Below the pieces are notes generated by a model. It searched no databases, was not told the origin of the DNA, and worked only from the letters and a program-made list of their open reading frames with translations. 64,000 bases of DNA from an uncultured Christensenella sp. (GTDB taxonomy: Bacteria; Bacillota; Clostridia; Christensenellales; UBA3700): the NCBI GenBank assembly GCA_949290515.1, contig CASERZ010000001.1, positions 192,738 through 256,737 of the forward strand, read 5' to 3'. This document shows positions 1-10,803 of the stretch, in pieces (within the stretch, counting starts at the first letter, position 1; the number at the start of each line of letters is the position of its first letter). A program made the translations under genes and the position numbers.

Positions 1-510
1 CAGGCTAAGAAAGGCAGACTCTTCATTCTCAACAAGATGCTCGAAGTTTTGCCCGCTCCCAGAAAGTCGCTTTCCAAGTACGCTCCTAAGATTGTTTCCT
101 TCTCTATAGACCCTAACAAGATTAAGGACGTTATCGGCAGTGGCGGTAAGGTAATCAATAAGATTATCGACGAAACGGGCGTTAAAATCGATATCGACGA
201 CTACGGCAACGTACTCGTATCCGGTATTGATGAGGATAAGATTGCAAGAGCTAAGCAGATTATCGACCTCATTGTAAACGACCCTGAAGTAGGCGAAGTA
301 TTCGAAGGTACCGTTGTAAGAATTATGTCTTTCGGCGCATTCGTTGAAATCGCACCCGGAAAGGACGCTATGATTCACATCTCCAAGCTCAAGAAAGAGA
401 GAGTAGAGAAAGTCGAAGACGTGGTAAATATCGGGGACAAGGTAAAGGTTAAAGTAACCGAAATTACCGAAAAAGGCATTGCATTGAGACTTCTCGAAGT
501 TCTTAAGTAA
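1..510 (+). CDS. pnp: Polynucleotide phosphorylase (PNPase), C-terminal part; 5' end lies outside the window
   Basis: Frame is open from base 1. KH motif (VIGSGGKVINKIIDETG) followed by an S1 domain (GEVFEGTVVRIMSFGAFVEI..HISKL). A hairpin terminator follows. Confidence 0.9.
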   Translation, partial: QAKKGRLFILNKMLEVLPAPRKSLSKYAPKIVSFSIDPNKIKDVIGSGGKVINKIIDETGVKIDIDDYGNVLVSGIDEDKIARAKQIIDLIVNDPEVGEVFEGTVVRIMSFGAFVEIAPGKDAMIHISKLKKERVEKVEDVVNIGDKVKVKVTEITEKGIALRLLEVLK

Positions 511-527
511 TTTAACAAAACAACAAT

Positions 528-560
528 GAAAACGGAAGTATGCAAGTGCTTCCGTTTTTT
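528..560 (+). terminator. Rho-independent terminator after pnp
   Basis: GAAAACGGAAG / CTTCCGTTTT stem followed by a T-run. Confidence 0.8.
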
Positions 561-646
561 ATATGGTGGGGGAGCGATATTTAATATATTCAGAAGTGGA
601 AAACATAAATCATACAGCAGTTGCATAGTATTTTTTGAGGTGAATT

Positions 647-1369
647 ATGCTAAGAAAAATAAAAATGCACAGTGCTGTCACTAATGTGTTGATTATCGGT
701 ATTCTAATAGGACTTGCTGTTGTCAGCTTTTCCAATCAATATACGTCGTTGGTAGACGCTCCGGGAAGCGACAGACCCTATTACAAGGGTAATACTGCGC
801 GCGGAGAAGTCGCGCTGATGATAAACGTATATTGGGGTACGGAGTATATCGAAGATATGCTCGAAGTGCTTGATAAGCATAATGCAAAAGCGACGTTTTT
901 CGTAGGCGGAAGTTGGGCAAATTCAAACCCCGACGTTTTGAGAGAAATTATATCCAAAGGACACGAGGTCGGCAATCACGGCTATTTTCATAAAGACCAC
1001 GCAAAGCTTAATTACGAACAAAACAAGGCGGAGATTACCTCTACAAACACGCTTGTAAAAGCTATAGCCGATTACGAAATAACGCTTTTCGCTCCTCCTT
1101 CAGGAAGCTATAACAATACTACTCTCGAAGTTGCGGCAAGTCTGGGAATGCCCGTAATAATGTGGAGTAGGGATACTGTCGACTGGAGAGATAAGGACAG
1201 TTCTCTCGTATATACGAGAGCAACCAATAAAATTCAGGCGGGGGATATGATTTTAATGCACCCTACGGCGCATACGCTTGCGGCTTTGGGAGATATCCTC
1301 AAGTATTACGAAGATAACTCTCTGACACCTGTAACTGTATCGCAAATCATAAGCGAGCAGACAATCTAG
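647..1369 (+). CDS. Polysaccharide deacetylase family (sporulation YlxY/PdaB-like), N-terminal membrane anchor
   Basis: NodB-type motifs (FFVGGSW, GNHGYFH, MWSRDTVDWRD). GAGGTG Shine-Dalgarno. Position after pnp matches B. subtilis pnpA-ylxY-mlpA. Confidence 0.8.
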   Translation: MLRKIKMHSAVTNVLIIGILIGLAVVSFSNQYTSLVDAPGSDRPYYKGNTARGEVALMINVYWGTEYIEDMLEVLDKHNAKATFFVGGSWANSNPDVLREIISKGHEVGNHGYFHKDHAKLNYEQNKAEITSTNTLVKAIADYEITLFAPPSGSYNNTTLEVAASLGMPVIMWSRDTVDWRDKDSSLVYTRATNKIQAGDMILMHPTAHTLAALGDILKYYEDNSLTPVTVSQIISEQTI

Positions 1370-1649
1370 CGAGCAAATTATTTAACTGTAAAGAAAGTAT
1401 ATAAAAATCAAAAAAGTAAAAATATCAAATTATAGTATTTGAGCGATTGTATTTAAGTGTTTAGCGAAAATTGCAAAACGTGTTTCTATGTATTATCTTT
1501 TGCGTAGTCGGTATAAGTGTTTGGTCGGATAACGCAAAGGATGCGGACGGAGAATATTTGTTGTATTTATTGCAAATGCCGTGTATTTTTGTGCTTTACT
1601 ATTGTAAATAATTATAGTATAATAAATTGACTGATTCAGAGAGGTTGAT

Positions 1650-2903
1650 ATGAACGAAATATACAGATTTAAGAGCGGGCTAAGACTCGCTTACAAATAT
1701 TCTCCGTCTGTGAGAAGCGTAGGTATTGCCGTAATGACTTGCGTAGGAAGTGCAAACGAAACTCCTGAAAACAACGGTATATCGCATTTTATCGAGCATA
1801 TGTTTTTCAAGGGTACTAAATCGAAAAATTCTTTTGAGATAGTCGAATACGTTGACGGAATAGGTGCGCAAATCAATGCTTTTACCTCAAAACAGACTAC
1901 GTGTTTTTATACTTTGTCAATAAACACTCAGGCAGAAAACTGCGCCTCTATTCTGAGCGAGATTATGTTTGATTCAACTTTTGACGAAGAGGAAATGAAG
2001 AGAGAAAAGGGTGTCGTACTCGAAGAAATATCTATGTGCGAGGACGATAACAGCGACCTTGTAATGGACGTATTAAGCGATTGTTACTTTGGCAAAAACT
2101 CTTTGGGTATGACCATTCTGGGTGAAAGAAAAAATATAAAATCTTTTACCCGTGACGATTTAATCAATTATATTAAGAAAAATTATTGTGCAGAAACTAC
2201 CGTAGTGTCGATAGCGGGCAATATAGAATTCGATAAGGCTAAAGAGCTTGTCGAGAAGTATTTCGAGGGCAGATTTTCATCGAATTGCAAAAGAGAGTGG
2301 CAAGATAAAGAGTGCGTTACCGTACCTTGCGTAAAGAGCAAGATAAAGGATATCGAACAGTCTAATATCGCTATCGGTTTGCCCGGACTTACTTACGACA
2401 GCAAACTTTCTATGGCAGAATTGCTCGTCAATACGGTAGTCGGCGGCGGAATGAGCTCCAGACTCTTTCAGGAAGTCAGAGAAAAAAGAGGACTTGCATA
2501 CAACGTTTATACCTACAATTCGTCTTATATCAACAACGGACTTATGTCGCTGTATATCGGTACAAATGTCGAATCTGTCAAAAAATCCGTGGACTGCACT
2601 TTGAAACTCATTGAAGAACTCAGAAAAAAAGGACTTACTCAGCGCGAACTCGAAAGAGGTAGAGAACAACTCAAAGGCTCGTATGTTTTGGGGCAGGAGA
2701 GCACGGGAGTAATGATGAGAGTCAATGCGAAAAACGTACTGTTTACGGATAAGCCTTTCGATATAGACGCAAAAATCAAAGACATAGAAGACATTACTCT
2801 TGCCGAAGCAAAAGAAGTAATCGACTATACCTACGATATGACAAAAGCAAGTCTTGCCTATATAGGCAAAAAACCCGATTGCGATATAACTAAACTAATA
2901 TGA
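1650..2903 (+). CDS. M16 (insulinase/pitrilysin) family zinc peptidase, MlpA/YmxG-like
   Basis: HxxEH zinc motif in GISHFIEHMFFKGT; ~417 aa. Synteny with ylxY-mlpA. Confidence 0.85.
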   Translation: MNEIYRFKSGLRLAYKYSPSVRSVGIAVMTCVGSANETPENNGISHFIEHMFFKGTKSKNSFEIVEYVDGIGAQINAFTSKQTTCFYTLSINTQAENCASILSEIMFDSTFDEEEMKREKGVVLEEISMCEDDNSDLVMDVLSDCYFGKNSLGMTILGERKNIKSFTRDDLINYIKKNYCAETTVVSIAGNIEFDKAKELVEKYFEGRFSSNCKREWQDKECVTVPCVKSKIKDIEQSNIAIGLPGLTYDSKLSMAELLVNTVVGGGMSSRLFQEVREKRGLAYNVYTYNSSYINNGLMSLYIGTNVESVKKSVDCTLKLIEELRKKGLTQRELERGREQLKGSYVLGQESTGVMMRVNAKNVLFTDKPFDIDAKIKDIEDITLAEAKEVIDYTYDMTKASLAYIGKKPDCDITKLI

Positions 2904-3388
2904 AAATAAGACGTATGAGTGAAAGCGATGCGCAAAAAGCGCATAAAGTGTTTTATGACGCAGTGCACGCAGTTGACGAAACATATTATTCGGCAGAACA
3001 AAAATCGGCTTGGGCACCCGAGGAGTATGACGAGGCAAGTTTTTGCAGACGAGTCGGTTCAGGCTTTGCTTTAGTTGCAGTGGATACAGATGCCAACGGC
3101 GAAGAAACTATTGTTGCTTACGGAAATATAGACGAAAGCGGATATATAGACCATTTGTACGTCACGGGAAAGCAACAGGGAAAAGGAATAGGCAACGTTT
3201 TATGCGACGAACTGGAAAATTATGCGACCGAAAAAGGCGTAAAGCGTTTGACGGTACACGCTTCGCTCAACGCAAAAGAATTCTTTTTATACAGAGGATA
3301 TAAGCTTGTCAGTCAAAGAAAAGTGGTGCGAAAGGGCATTGAAATGGTTAATTATCTGATGGAAAAGCCGGTCGAGACTGAGGTTTAG
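2900..3388 (+). CDS. GNAT family N-acetyltransferase
   Basis: Acetyl-CoA binding motif QQGKGIG; ~160 aa. ATGA overlap with the upstream stop codon. Confidence 0.75.
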   Translation: MKIRRMSESDAQKAHKVFYDAVHAVDETYYSAEQKSAWAPEEYDEASFCRRVGSGFALVAVDTDANGEETIVAYGNIDESGYIDHLYVTGKQQGKGIGNVLCDELENYATEKGVKRLTVHASLNAKEFFLYRGYKLVSQRKVVRKGIEMVNYLMEKPVETEV

Positions 3389-3458
3389 CGCGGTACGACT
3401 TATAAAAGGTTTAATCTATAACCGAATTTATAAAATATCAAAAAAATATTCAAGACAT

Positions 3459-3485
3459 AAAAGCGCGGCAAAACGCGCTTTTTTA
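3459..3485 (+). terminator. Rho-independent terminator after the GNAT gene
   Basis: AAGCGCG / CGCGCTT stem followed by TTTT. Confidence 0.75.
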
Positions 3486-3569
3486 ACATATTTTGTATAA
3501 AAATTCTCAAATATGGTACGTATTTTATCGTGCGGATAAGTTATTATTTATTATAATATAATATTTTTA

Positions 3570-3599
3570 TTGAAATTTACTTTCCGATTGTGATATAAT
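3570..3599 (+). promoter_or_regulatory. Sigma-A type promoter for ftsK
   Basis: TTGAAA (3570-3575), 18-nt spacer, TGaTATAAT extended -10 (TATAAT at 3594-3599). Confidence 0.55.
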
Positions 3600-3629
3600 T
3601 TATAATGTGTGAAAGTAAGGAGTTATTCT

Positions 3630-6600
3630 ATGGCTAAGAAGAACAGGGAAGAAAACGTTCAACAACGCAAAAAGAATACGCGTATCGCAGACGGTATAGT
3701 TCTTACGTGCGTATTTTTCTTGCTGGATTTGATTCTCTTCGGTGTATTCGGCGCGGCGGGAAAAGTCGTAGCTGACTTTTTTGTCGGTGTATTCGGATAT
3801 GCTATCTACGGCTACAGTTTGGGACTTACGCTTTTAGGTATTCTGAGAGCCTGCAATCTTAAAATTAAACAGACTGTCAAAATAATACTTCTTTATTTTG
3901 TCATAGTTATCCTTATGGTGACTTTCGCTCACGTACTCAGTTCGCACGAATATACGGGCGCAGGTTGGGGTAAATATATACAGTCTTGCTTTAGCAACCC
4001 CGTTACGGGAGGCGGTGCGATTGCAGCGGTATTCCTCTATCCTTTTGCCCTCGGCAAAGTGTATATGGTAAGTCTTGTCGCAAACGGCGTCTTGCTTTTC
4101 GGACTTGTAATAATTGCAATCCTTTTGCAAGTGAACATAGATATAAATCTCGAGAGATTTTCCTCGCACAAGAAAAGGGGAAGAGCTTCTAACGGACAAA
4201 ATGCAAACGTGGGTATGTTTGACGTAGAATATACGGGCAATGCCGGTGCAGTAAATCTTATCAACCAGACAATGGACGGTAGAGACCTCGGAGATAAGCT
4301 CGCGGGAAACAAAAACGGTACGCTCGGAAACTATGTGCCGATAGACAGACTTGACGTGGGCGCGCAGGAAACTCCTGAATTTTCCGAAGAGGGATACGAG
4401 GACGCTCAGCTCATTCTCGATACGCAGGAAATCGCTAAAGAAGCGGGAAAGAGTGACTATATTTATGCAAAAGAGGATATGGCTGACGATACTGTGGATA
4501 TATCTCAGGCACAGAGAGATATCTTCGGGGTGGACGATATCGCAGGTATGAGCGTTATCAACGAAGGAAAACAGGACAAGCCTGTGGAGCAAACGCTCAA
4601 CAATAATAATCGTACGTCTTCGGATACTTCCAGATTCGATATTCTTTCGACCAACGAAAGAATGAATATAATAAAGGAAAACGACCGCCGTTCGAGAGCA
4701 AGACGTTCGACTTCGATGGACGATACTCCCGCTCAAAGCGTAAATTCCAACTTTGCCGATAAGCTCAACAGCATTCTCAATAAAAAGAGAGAAATAGAAA
4801 ACGACAGCGTTCAGTCTGACGATTTTACTTTCGACGTCAGCGACGATACCTATGTCGAAGATAAGACGGAAACAAAGCCGATAGAATCAATAGACGATTT
4901 TATCTCAAACACCAACAGAGACAAAACAAAACAGGATTTATACGATAAAATAAACAATTACGATTTGGGAAGCATTACGCCTAAGGAAGAATACAAACAA
5001 CCTACAGACGGGTATTTCAAAAAGACTTTTGAGCCTAAAAAACCTGTCGAAACTCCTAAGCCTTCCGCCGCTTTGCCTACCGAAAAACAAAGCTCTGTGT
5101 TCGATAAAGAGGAAAATGAGCCGCAACAGGAAGAAAATAAGCCTGTAGTCAGAAGCCCTTATATTCCGCCCAGCATAGACAACCTGAAGGACTATGAGGA
5201 CCACAGTTCGGCAGATACCGAAGATATACAGGAAAAGGCGCGCATTATTGAAAATACCTATGCAAACTTCGGTATACACGTAGAGGTCAAACACGTTGTC
5301 GCCGGACCTACCGTAACGAGATTCGAGTTTGAAATTCCTCCTACCGTATCCGTAGAAAAGATACCTCAGAGAAAAGGTAACCTTTTGCTTGCGTTGGCTG
5401 TCACTTCGCTCAGAATTGAAGCACCTATTCCCGGCAAGTCCCTCTGCGGTGTAGAAATCCCCAATAAGAAGAGAAAGACGGTCGGTCTTAAAGACTTTAT
5501 CGTAAAAGACGAATTCAAAAACCATAAGGGCGGTTTGTACTTTGCTCTCGGTAAGGATATAGACGGCAATTGCTATTACGAGGATTTGACGGAGTTTCCT
5601 CACTGTCTTATCGCGGGCGGTACCGGTAGCGGTAAGAGCGTATGTCTCAACACTATGCTCATAAGCCTTGTTTACAAGTATTCTCCCGAAGATTTGCGAA
5701 TAATTCTCGTAGACCCTAAGGTCGTAGAAATGAAAAAATTCGTCGAGATGCCTCATTTGCTAACGCCTAAGATATACAGCACTCCCAAAGAAGCGGTATC
5801 CATACTAAAATGGCTAGTAGACGAAATGAACAGAAGATACGACGTGCTGGGAAAATATTACGTCAACAATATCGCTTCTTACAATGAAATTATCGGAGAA
5901 GAAGGCGAAAAAATGCCTTATATCGTAACAATAATGGATGAGGTAGGCGATATAATGATGAGCGACCAGGGCAAGGAATTCGAAACCCTTGTAATTACGC
6001 TTACTCAAAAAGCGCGTGCGTGCGGTATTCATTTAATACTTGCTACGCAAAGACCTTCCGTAGACGTCATTACCGGTACCATCAAAGCAAACTTGCCTAC
6101 CAGAATAGCCTTTGCCGTTACTGCCGGCGTGAACAGTAAGATTATTCTCGACAGCCTCGGTGCGGAAGATTTGCTCGGTATGGGCGATATGTTGTTTATG
6201 AGCAGAAAGTCGAGATATTTGCAAAGATTGCAAAATCCTTTCCTCAACGAACTCGAAGTGCGCAATATTATGCTCGATTTGACAAAGCACAATCAGGCAT
6301 ACTATGACGAAAAGATTATGCAGGAGATTCAGCGTATACAGGAGCCTCCCAAACAAGAGGATACGTCTTCGGAGAAAAACGTCAAAGAATTCAATTTCCC
6401 AGATGACTTGTGTCCTGACGTTTTGAGACGCATTGTCAATATGGACAACGTTACTATATCCGCTTTGCAAAGAGCATTTACTATAGGATTCCCCAGAGGC
6501 GGCAAGATATTTGACTGGTTGCTCAACAGCGGTTATATAGAGAAGAGCGGTAGCAAGCAGATTTGCAGGCTTACCCCCGAACAGGTAGAAGCTATTATCG

Positions 6601-6635
6601 AAAACGCTCGAAATAAAGAACAGGACGAAGATTAA
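3630..6635 (+). CDS. ftsK: DNA translocase FtsK/SpoIIIE
   Basis: N-terminal TM helices and a long low-complexity linker. Motor domain with Walker A (GGTGSGKS) and ATQRPSVDVITG, plus a C-terminal gamma/winged-helix domain. Start moved from the GTG at 3609 to the ATG at 3630, which follows AAGGAG. Confidence 0.92.
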   Translation: MAKKNREENVQQRKKNTRIADGIVLTCVFFLLDLILFGVFGAAGKVVADFFVGVFGYAIYGYSLGLTLLGILRACNLKIKQTVKIILLYFVIVILMVTFAHVLSSHEYTGAGWGKYIQSCFSNPVTGGGAIAAVFLYPFALGKVYMVSLVANGVLLFGLVIIAILLQVNIDINLERFSSHKKRGRASNGQNANVGMFDVEYTGNAGAVNLINQTMDGRDLGDKLAGNKNGTLGNYVPIDRLDVGAQETPEFSEEGYEDAQLILDTQEIAKEAGKSDYIYAKEDMADDTVDISQAQRDIFGVDDIAGMSVINEGKQDKPVEQTLNNNNRTSSDTSRFDILSTNERMNIIKENDRRSRARRSTSMDDTPAQSVNSNFADKLNSILNKKREIENDSVQSDDFTFDVSDDTYVEDKTETKPIESIDDFISNTNRDKTKQDLYDKINNYDLGSITPKEEYKQPTDGYFKKTFEPKKPVETPKPSAALPTEKQSSVFDKEENEPQQEENKPVVRSPYIPPSIDNLKDYEDHSSADTEDIQEKARIIENTYANFGIHVEVKHVVAGPTVTRFEFEIPPTVSVEKIPQRKGNLLLALAVTSLRIEAPIPGKSLCGVEIPNKKRKTVGLKDFIVKDEFKNHKGGLYFALGKDIDGNCYYEDLTEFPHCLIAGGTGSGKSVCLNTMLISLVYKYSPEDLRIILVDPKVVEMKKFVEMPHLLTPKIYSTPKEAVSILKWLVDEMNRRYDVLGKYYVNNIASYNEIIGEEGEKMPYIVTIMDEVGDIMMSDQGKEFETLVITLTQKARACGIHLILATQRPSVDVITGTIKANLPTRIAFAVTAGVNSKIILDSLGAEDLLGMGDMLFMSRKSRYLQRLQNPFLNELEVRNIMLDLTKHNQAYYDEKIMQEIQRIQEPPKQEDTSSEKNVKEFNFPDDLCPDVLRRIVNMDNVTISALQRAFTIGFPRGGKIFDWLLNSGYIEKSGSKQICRLTPEQVEAIIENARNKEQDED

Positions 6636-6666
6636 AAATTTTTCCTTTAGGAAAAGGAGTTTATAA

Positions 6667-7389
6667 ATGGGTAAAAAAATAACGATGACAATTCCCACAA
6701 AGATTACGATGGTAAGACTCGTAATGATACCTTTTGTGATACTGTGTTATTGTCTTCAGAGTCTAAACGAGTATTTATTTATACTCACGTCGGCATTGTT
6801 TCTCATAGCGTCTATGACGGATTATCTCGACGGACATATCGCAAGAAAGTACAATATGGTCAGCGACCTCGGCAAATTGCTTGACCCTATCGCGGACAAG
6901 GTGCTCGTTGCGGCAGGACTGTTTATAGTTATCGACGGCGGATATATTCCCGTCAAGTACTTTGCATTGATATGTACCACGATTATCATAGCAAGAGAAT
7001 TTATGATAGGAGTCATTCGTCAGATGGCGGCACTCAAAAAAGTCGTTCTTGCAGCAGACAAGCTCGGCAAAATCAAGACTGCTACTACTATGTTTGCGCT
7101 TACGTTTTTGTTGCTTTCCGCCAACGATAATATAGTATTCGTAGTATTCAGATACGCAGGTACGGTGTTGTTTGCCTTGGCTACGTTGTTTACGTTGATA
7201 TCGGGATTGAATTATCTTATAAAGAATTTCGATTTGATACTCAGCGACGACATAAAGAAAAATCAGCAGAAAAAGTCAGAGAAAGAACAGGATGGTCAAC
7301 TGACAGAAACCGTACATACCGACAATGCGCAAGCAGTGCTAAACGAGGAACAAACGGTACAAACTCAAAACGGAGAAGTAGGGAAGTAA
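6667..7389 (+). CDS. pgsA: CDP-diacylglycerol--glycerol-3-phosphate 3-phosphatidyltransferase with a hydrophilic C-terminal tail
   Basis: CDP-alcohol phosphotransferase motif DYLDGHIARK...GKLLDPIADK. Synteny pgsA-cinA-recA. Confidence 0.88.
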   Translation: MGKKITMTIPTKITMVRLVMIPFVILCYCLQSLNEYLFILTSALFLIASMTDYLDGHIARKYNMVSDLGKLLDPIADKVLVAAGLFIVIDGGYIPVKYFALICTTIIIAREFMIGVIRQMAALKKVVLAADKLGKIKTATTMFALTFLLLSANDNIVFVVFRYAGTVLFALATLFTLISGLNYLIKNFDLILSDDIKKNQQKKSEKEQDGQLTETVHTDNAQAVLNEEQTVQTQNGEVGK

Positions 7390-7406
7390 TCCCTAAGATA
7401 CATACG

Positions 7407-8726
7407 ATGAAAATAGGACTCGTATCGCTTGGTTGCGATAAAAACAGAATAGACAGCGAAAATATGCTGGCATATCTCGTAAAAGACGGATTCGAGCTTA
7501 CTTCCGAGCCCGAAAACGCCGATATTATCGTGGTCAATACCTGTGGGTTTATAGACAGTGCAAAAAAAGAAGCGATTGATACCATACTCGAAATGGCTGA
7601 GTACAAAAAAGATAAATGCAAGTATCTTATCGTTACGGGCTGTCTGAGTCAGAGGTATATGGACGAATTGAAAGACGGCTTTCCCGAAGTCGATATGTTC
7701 TTAGGTACGGCAAGTTATCACAAAATGCCCCAACTTATCAAACAGATGGTCAACGGAAATGCCGATAAGTGTTATGCCAACGATAAAGACGAAAGAGTAT
7801 TTTCGTCCGACAGAGTGCTCACTACGCCTTATCACTATGCCTATCTAAAAATAGCCGAAGGCTGTGACAATCGCTGTACATATTGCGCTATACCTTATAT
7901 CAGAGGAAAATATACCTCTCGTCCTATAGAGGATATAGTGACCGAAGCAAAGGATATTATTACAAAATACGGCACTAAGGAACTTATTCTCGTAGCACAG
8001 GACGTTTCCAGATACGGACTTGACCTGTACGGGAAAATAAGACTGATAGATTTACTCGAGGAATTGTCCAAACTCGACGTGGCGTGGATTAGACTTTTGT
8101 ATCTTTATCCCGAACTCGTTGACGAAAGACTTATAGAATATATCGCGTCAAATCCTAAGGTTTGCAACTATTTGGATATACCTTGTCAGCACGTAAGCGA
8201 CAAGATACTCAAACTTATGAACAGACGCGTAAGAAAGGAGCAAATCGAAAATCTTTTTGTTACGATAAGAAAACACGGTGATTTTACCATAAGGTCTACT
8301 TTTATCGTCGGGTTTCCCAGAGAAACGCAGGAAGATTTTGACGAGTTAAAAGAGTTTATCGAAAGAGCAAAACTCGACCGATGCGGATTCTTTGCATATT
8401 CGTGCGAGGATAATACTCCCGCCAGTCGTCTGGACGGACAAATCGACGAGGAGATAAAGCTTCAAAGGCAGGAAGAACTGTATGCCGTACAGGAAGAAAA
8501 TATGCTCGAAAATCTTGCCAAGAGGGTAGGTACGCTGATTGAAGTGCTTTACGAAGGCATAGATTACGATTTGCAGGTTTTTTACGGCAGAAGTCAGTAT
8601 GACGCGCCTGAGATAGATACCAAAGTTTATTTTGTAGCGGACAAACCGCTCGAAATAGGAAAAATATATAAAGTCAGAATCGAAGAACTCAACGGAGAAG
8701 ATTACTTCGGAAGAGTAGAGGAATGA
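7407..8726 (+). CDS. rimO: Ribosomal protein S12 methylthiotransferase RimO (radical SAM)
   Basis: N-terminal MKIGLVSLGCDKNRIDSE, radical-SAM CDNRCTYC motif and a C-terminal TRAM domain. Confidence 0.88.
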   Translation: MKIGLVSLGCDKNRIDSENMLAYLVKDGFELTSEPENADIIVVNTCGFIDSAKKEAIDTILEMAEYKKDKCKYLIVTGCLSQRYMDELKDGFPEVDMFLGTASYHKMPQLIKQMVNGNADKCYANDKDERVFSSDRVLTTPYHYAYLKIAEGCDNRCTYCAIPYIRGKYTSRPIEDIVTEAKDIITKYGTKELILVAQDVSRYGLDLYGKIRLIDLLEELSKLDVAWIRLLYLYPELVDERLIEYIASNPKVCNYLDIPCQHVSDKILKLMNRRVRKEQIENLFVTIRKHGDFTIRSTFIVGFPRETQEDFDELKEFIERAKLDRCGFFAYSCEDNTPASRLDGQIDEEIKLQRQEELYAVQEENMLENLAKRVGTLIEVLYEGIDYDLQVFYGRSQYDAPEIDTKVYFVADKPLEIGKIYKVRIEELNGEDYFGRVEE

Positions 8727-8754
8727 CGGATTATCGGGAGAAAACAGGAAAATT

Positions 8755-9462
8755 ATGATTGAAACTTGCAAAAACTGTTGTATACTCAAAGCTTTCGATA
8801 TCGACAACGATATCGTCAACAAGTGTAAATCTTTGGCAAACATCGAGGGAGTCAATCTCGAGTTTTCGCAAAAATATCTGGACTGCAAACTCACTCTTAT
8901 AAATAAGAGTGCAAGCGATATCGTCTTTCAAAAAATACTCGACGATATTCTGGATATTCTCAGCGATAATCTCTATGCAAATTACGATACTACGCTCGAA
9001 CAATGCGTGATTGAAAACGCAAGACAGCGCGGTATGAAAATAGCCGTTGCCGAATCCTTGACAGGAGGAATGATTTGTTCGCGTCTTGTCAACGTTGCGG
9101 GTAGCAGCTCTGTTTTGTATGAGGGGTTTGTAACCTATGACGCATCTGCCAAGGTAAGACGTCTGCACGTAAAACTGTCTACGATTGAGGAATTCGGTGT
9201 AGTCAGCGAAGAAGTGTGCAGAGAAATGATTCAGGGGCTATTGTCCAACAATGAGATAGATTTTGCAATATCCACTACGGGATGTGCAGGTCCTTCGAGC
9301 GACGAATACGATACTCCTATAGGACTTTCATACATAGGCATAGGCGACAGAGAAAAAATCAACATATACGATACATTCTTCGATAAGGAAAGAAACGAAA
9401 TAAGAAAATGCGTAACAAATACTGCGCTGTATCTCGCGCTTAAAAACATAAATCAATTATAA
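8755..9462 (+). CDS. cinA: CinA-family nicotinamide-nucleotide amidohydrolase (PncC domain); lacks the N-terminal MoCF/COG1058 domain
   Basis: AVAESLTGGMICSRLVNVAGSS motif. Lies immediately upstream of recA. Confidence 0.8.
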   Translation: MIETCKNCCILKAFDIDNDIVNKCKSLANIEGVNLEFSQKYLDCKLTLINKSASDIVFQKILDDILDILSDNLYANYDTTLEQCVIENARQRGMKIAVAESLTGGMICSRLVNVAGSSSVLYEGFVTYDASAKVRRLHVKLSTIEEFGVVSEEVCREMIQGLLSNNEIDFAISTTGCAGPSSDEYDTPIGLSYIGIGDREKINIYDTFFDKERNEIRKCVTNTALYLALKNINQL

Positions 9463-9486
9463 AATACGATACTTAAGAGGTGTAAA

Positions 9487-10500
9487 ATGGAAAAGGAAAA
9501 GAAGTCCGTCGACAATGAAAAAGCCGAACTTGTCGCTGACGCGATTGCCAAAATCGAAAAGCAGTACGGCAAAGGCTCTATAATCAGACTCGGCGATAAG
9601 GAAATCGAACATATAGACGTTATCAGTACGGGATGTCTTACTCTCGATATGGCACTGGGAGTAGGCGGCTTGCCCAAGGGCAGAATAATCGAAATATATG
9701 GCCCCGAATCTTCTGGTAAAACTACCGTAGCTTTGCACGCGATTGCGTCTTGTCAGGCAGGCGGCGGTATGGCTGCATTTATCGACGCTGAACACGCACT
9801 TGACCCTATATATGCCGAAAAACTTGGCGTAAACGTAAAAGACTTGTATGTCAGCCAACCTGACAGCGGCGAGCAAGCGCTTGACATTCTCGAAACTTTG
9901 GTAAGAAGTAATGCTATGGATATCATCGTAGTAGACTCCGTTGCGGCATTGACGCCCAGAGCGGAAATCGAAGGAGAAATGGGACAGAGCGTAGTCGGCT
10001 TGCAAGCAAGACTGATGTCGCAGGCGGCAAGAAAACTTACGGCAATTATAAATAAAACCAAAACCTGTGTAATCTTTATTAATCAGCTGAGAGAAAAGGT
10101 AGGCGTAATGTTCGGTAATCCCGAAGTTACTCCCGGCGGTAAGGCTCTTAAATTCTATTCGAGCATCAGAATAGAAGTTAGAAAGGGAGACAGTCTAAAA
10201 GACGGTAGTGAGATTATCGGTAACCGCGCTAAGGCAAAAGTAGTAAAGAACAAAGTTGCTCCTCCTTTCAAAACAGCCGAATTCGATATCGTATTTGGTA
10301 AGGGTATTAACAACAACGGTTGTCTTGTCGACCTCGGAATTGCTATGGATATACTCAAAAAGAGCGGTTCGTGGGTCAGCTATAATGACGAAAAAATCGG
10401 TCAGGGCAGAGATAAAACCGTGCAATATCTCGAGGATAATCCCGAAGTCGCAGAAGAAATCAAAAACAAGATACTTCAAAAAGCTTCAGAAGAGGAATAA
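9487..10500 (+). CDS. recA: Recombinase RecA
   Basis: Walker [19 protein letters not shown] and the L1/L2 loop regions are unmistakable. AAGAGGTG Shine-Dalgarno. Confidence 0.98.
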   Translation: MEKEKKSVDNEKAELVADAIAKIEKQYGKGSIIRLGDKEIEHIDVISTGCLTLDMALGVGGLPKGRIIEIYGPESSGKTTVALHAIASCQAGGGMAAFIDAEHALDPIYAEKLGVNVKDLYVSQPDSGEQALDILETLVRSNAMDIIVVDSVAALTPRAEIEGEMGQSVVGLQARLMSQAARKLTAIINKTKTCVIFINQLREKVGVMFGNPEVTPGGKALKFYSSIRIEVRKGDSLKDGSEIIGNRAKAKVVKNKVAPPFKTAEFDIVFGKGINNNGCLVDLGIAMDILKKSGSWVSYNDEKIGQGRDKTVQYLEDNPEVAEEIKNKILQKASEEE

Positions 10501-10524
10501 TATATTAAACTGTTTACAACATAC

Positions 10525-10551
10525 AAAAAAGGAGCATATGCTCCTTTTTTT
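10525..10551 (+). terminator. Rho-independent terminator after recA
   Basis: AAAAAAGGAGCA / TGCTCCTTTTTTT hairpin. Confidence 0.8.
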
Positions 10552-10713
10552 ATATGCAAACGAATTTATCGTAATCGTGAATAAATTTACGGAATTAAAA
10601 ATTTTTATGCATAAAAGTTAATTTTTTTATAAGCTGATGACAAAATATTGTATGTATTTTTATATTTAAATACTATTAGTATGTATTTATAATAATTAAT
10701 AATATAATTACTA

Positions 10714-10743
10714 TTGACTTTTTTGTGCCGAATAGTCTATAAT
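10714..10743 (+). promoter_or_regulatory. Sigma-A type promoter for rny
   Basis: TTGACT (10714-10719), 18-nt spacer, TATAAT (10738-10743). Confidence 0.55.
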
Positions 10744-10803
10744 TTAAGTGCATAAATATTTATTTATGCCGTAACTTTACAATTTAATATTAAGGAGGCT
10801 AAA

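Noticed and set aside
3834-6698. Several antisense ORFs of 220-300 aa within ftsK (3834-4736, 4938-5756, 6033-6698). Similar ones occur in the dac genes, scpA, pheT, thiI and mutS.
   Set aside because: All are in the codon-opposed frame of well-supported sense genes. They have low-complexity composition and no ribosome-binding sites.
10256-10621. 121-aa plus-strand ORF overlapping the 3' end of recA and its terminator.
   Set aside because: It is an alternative frame of recA that runs through a strong terminator, with no motifs.
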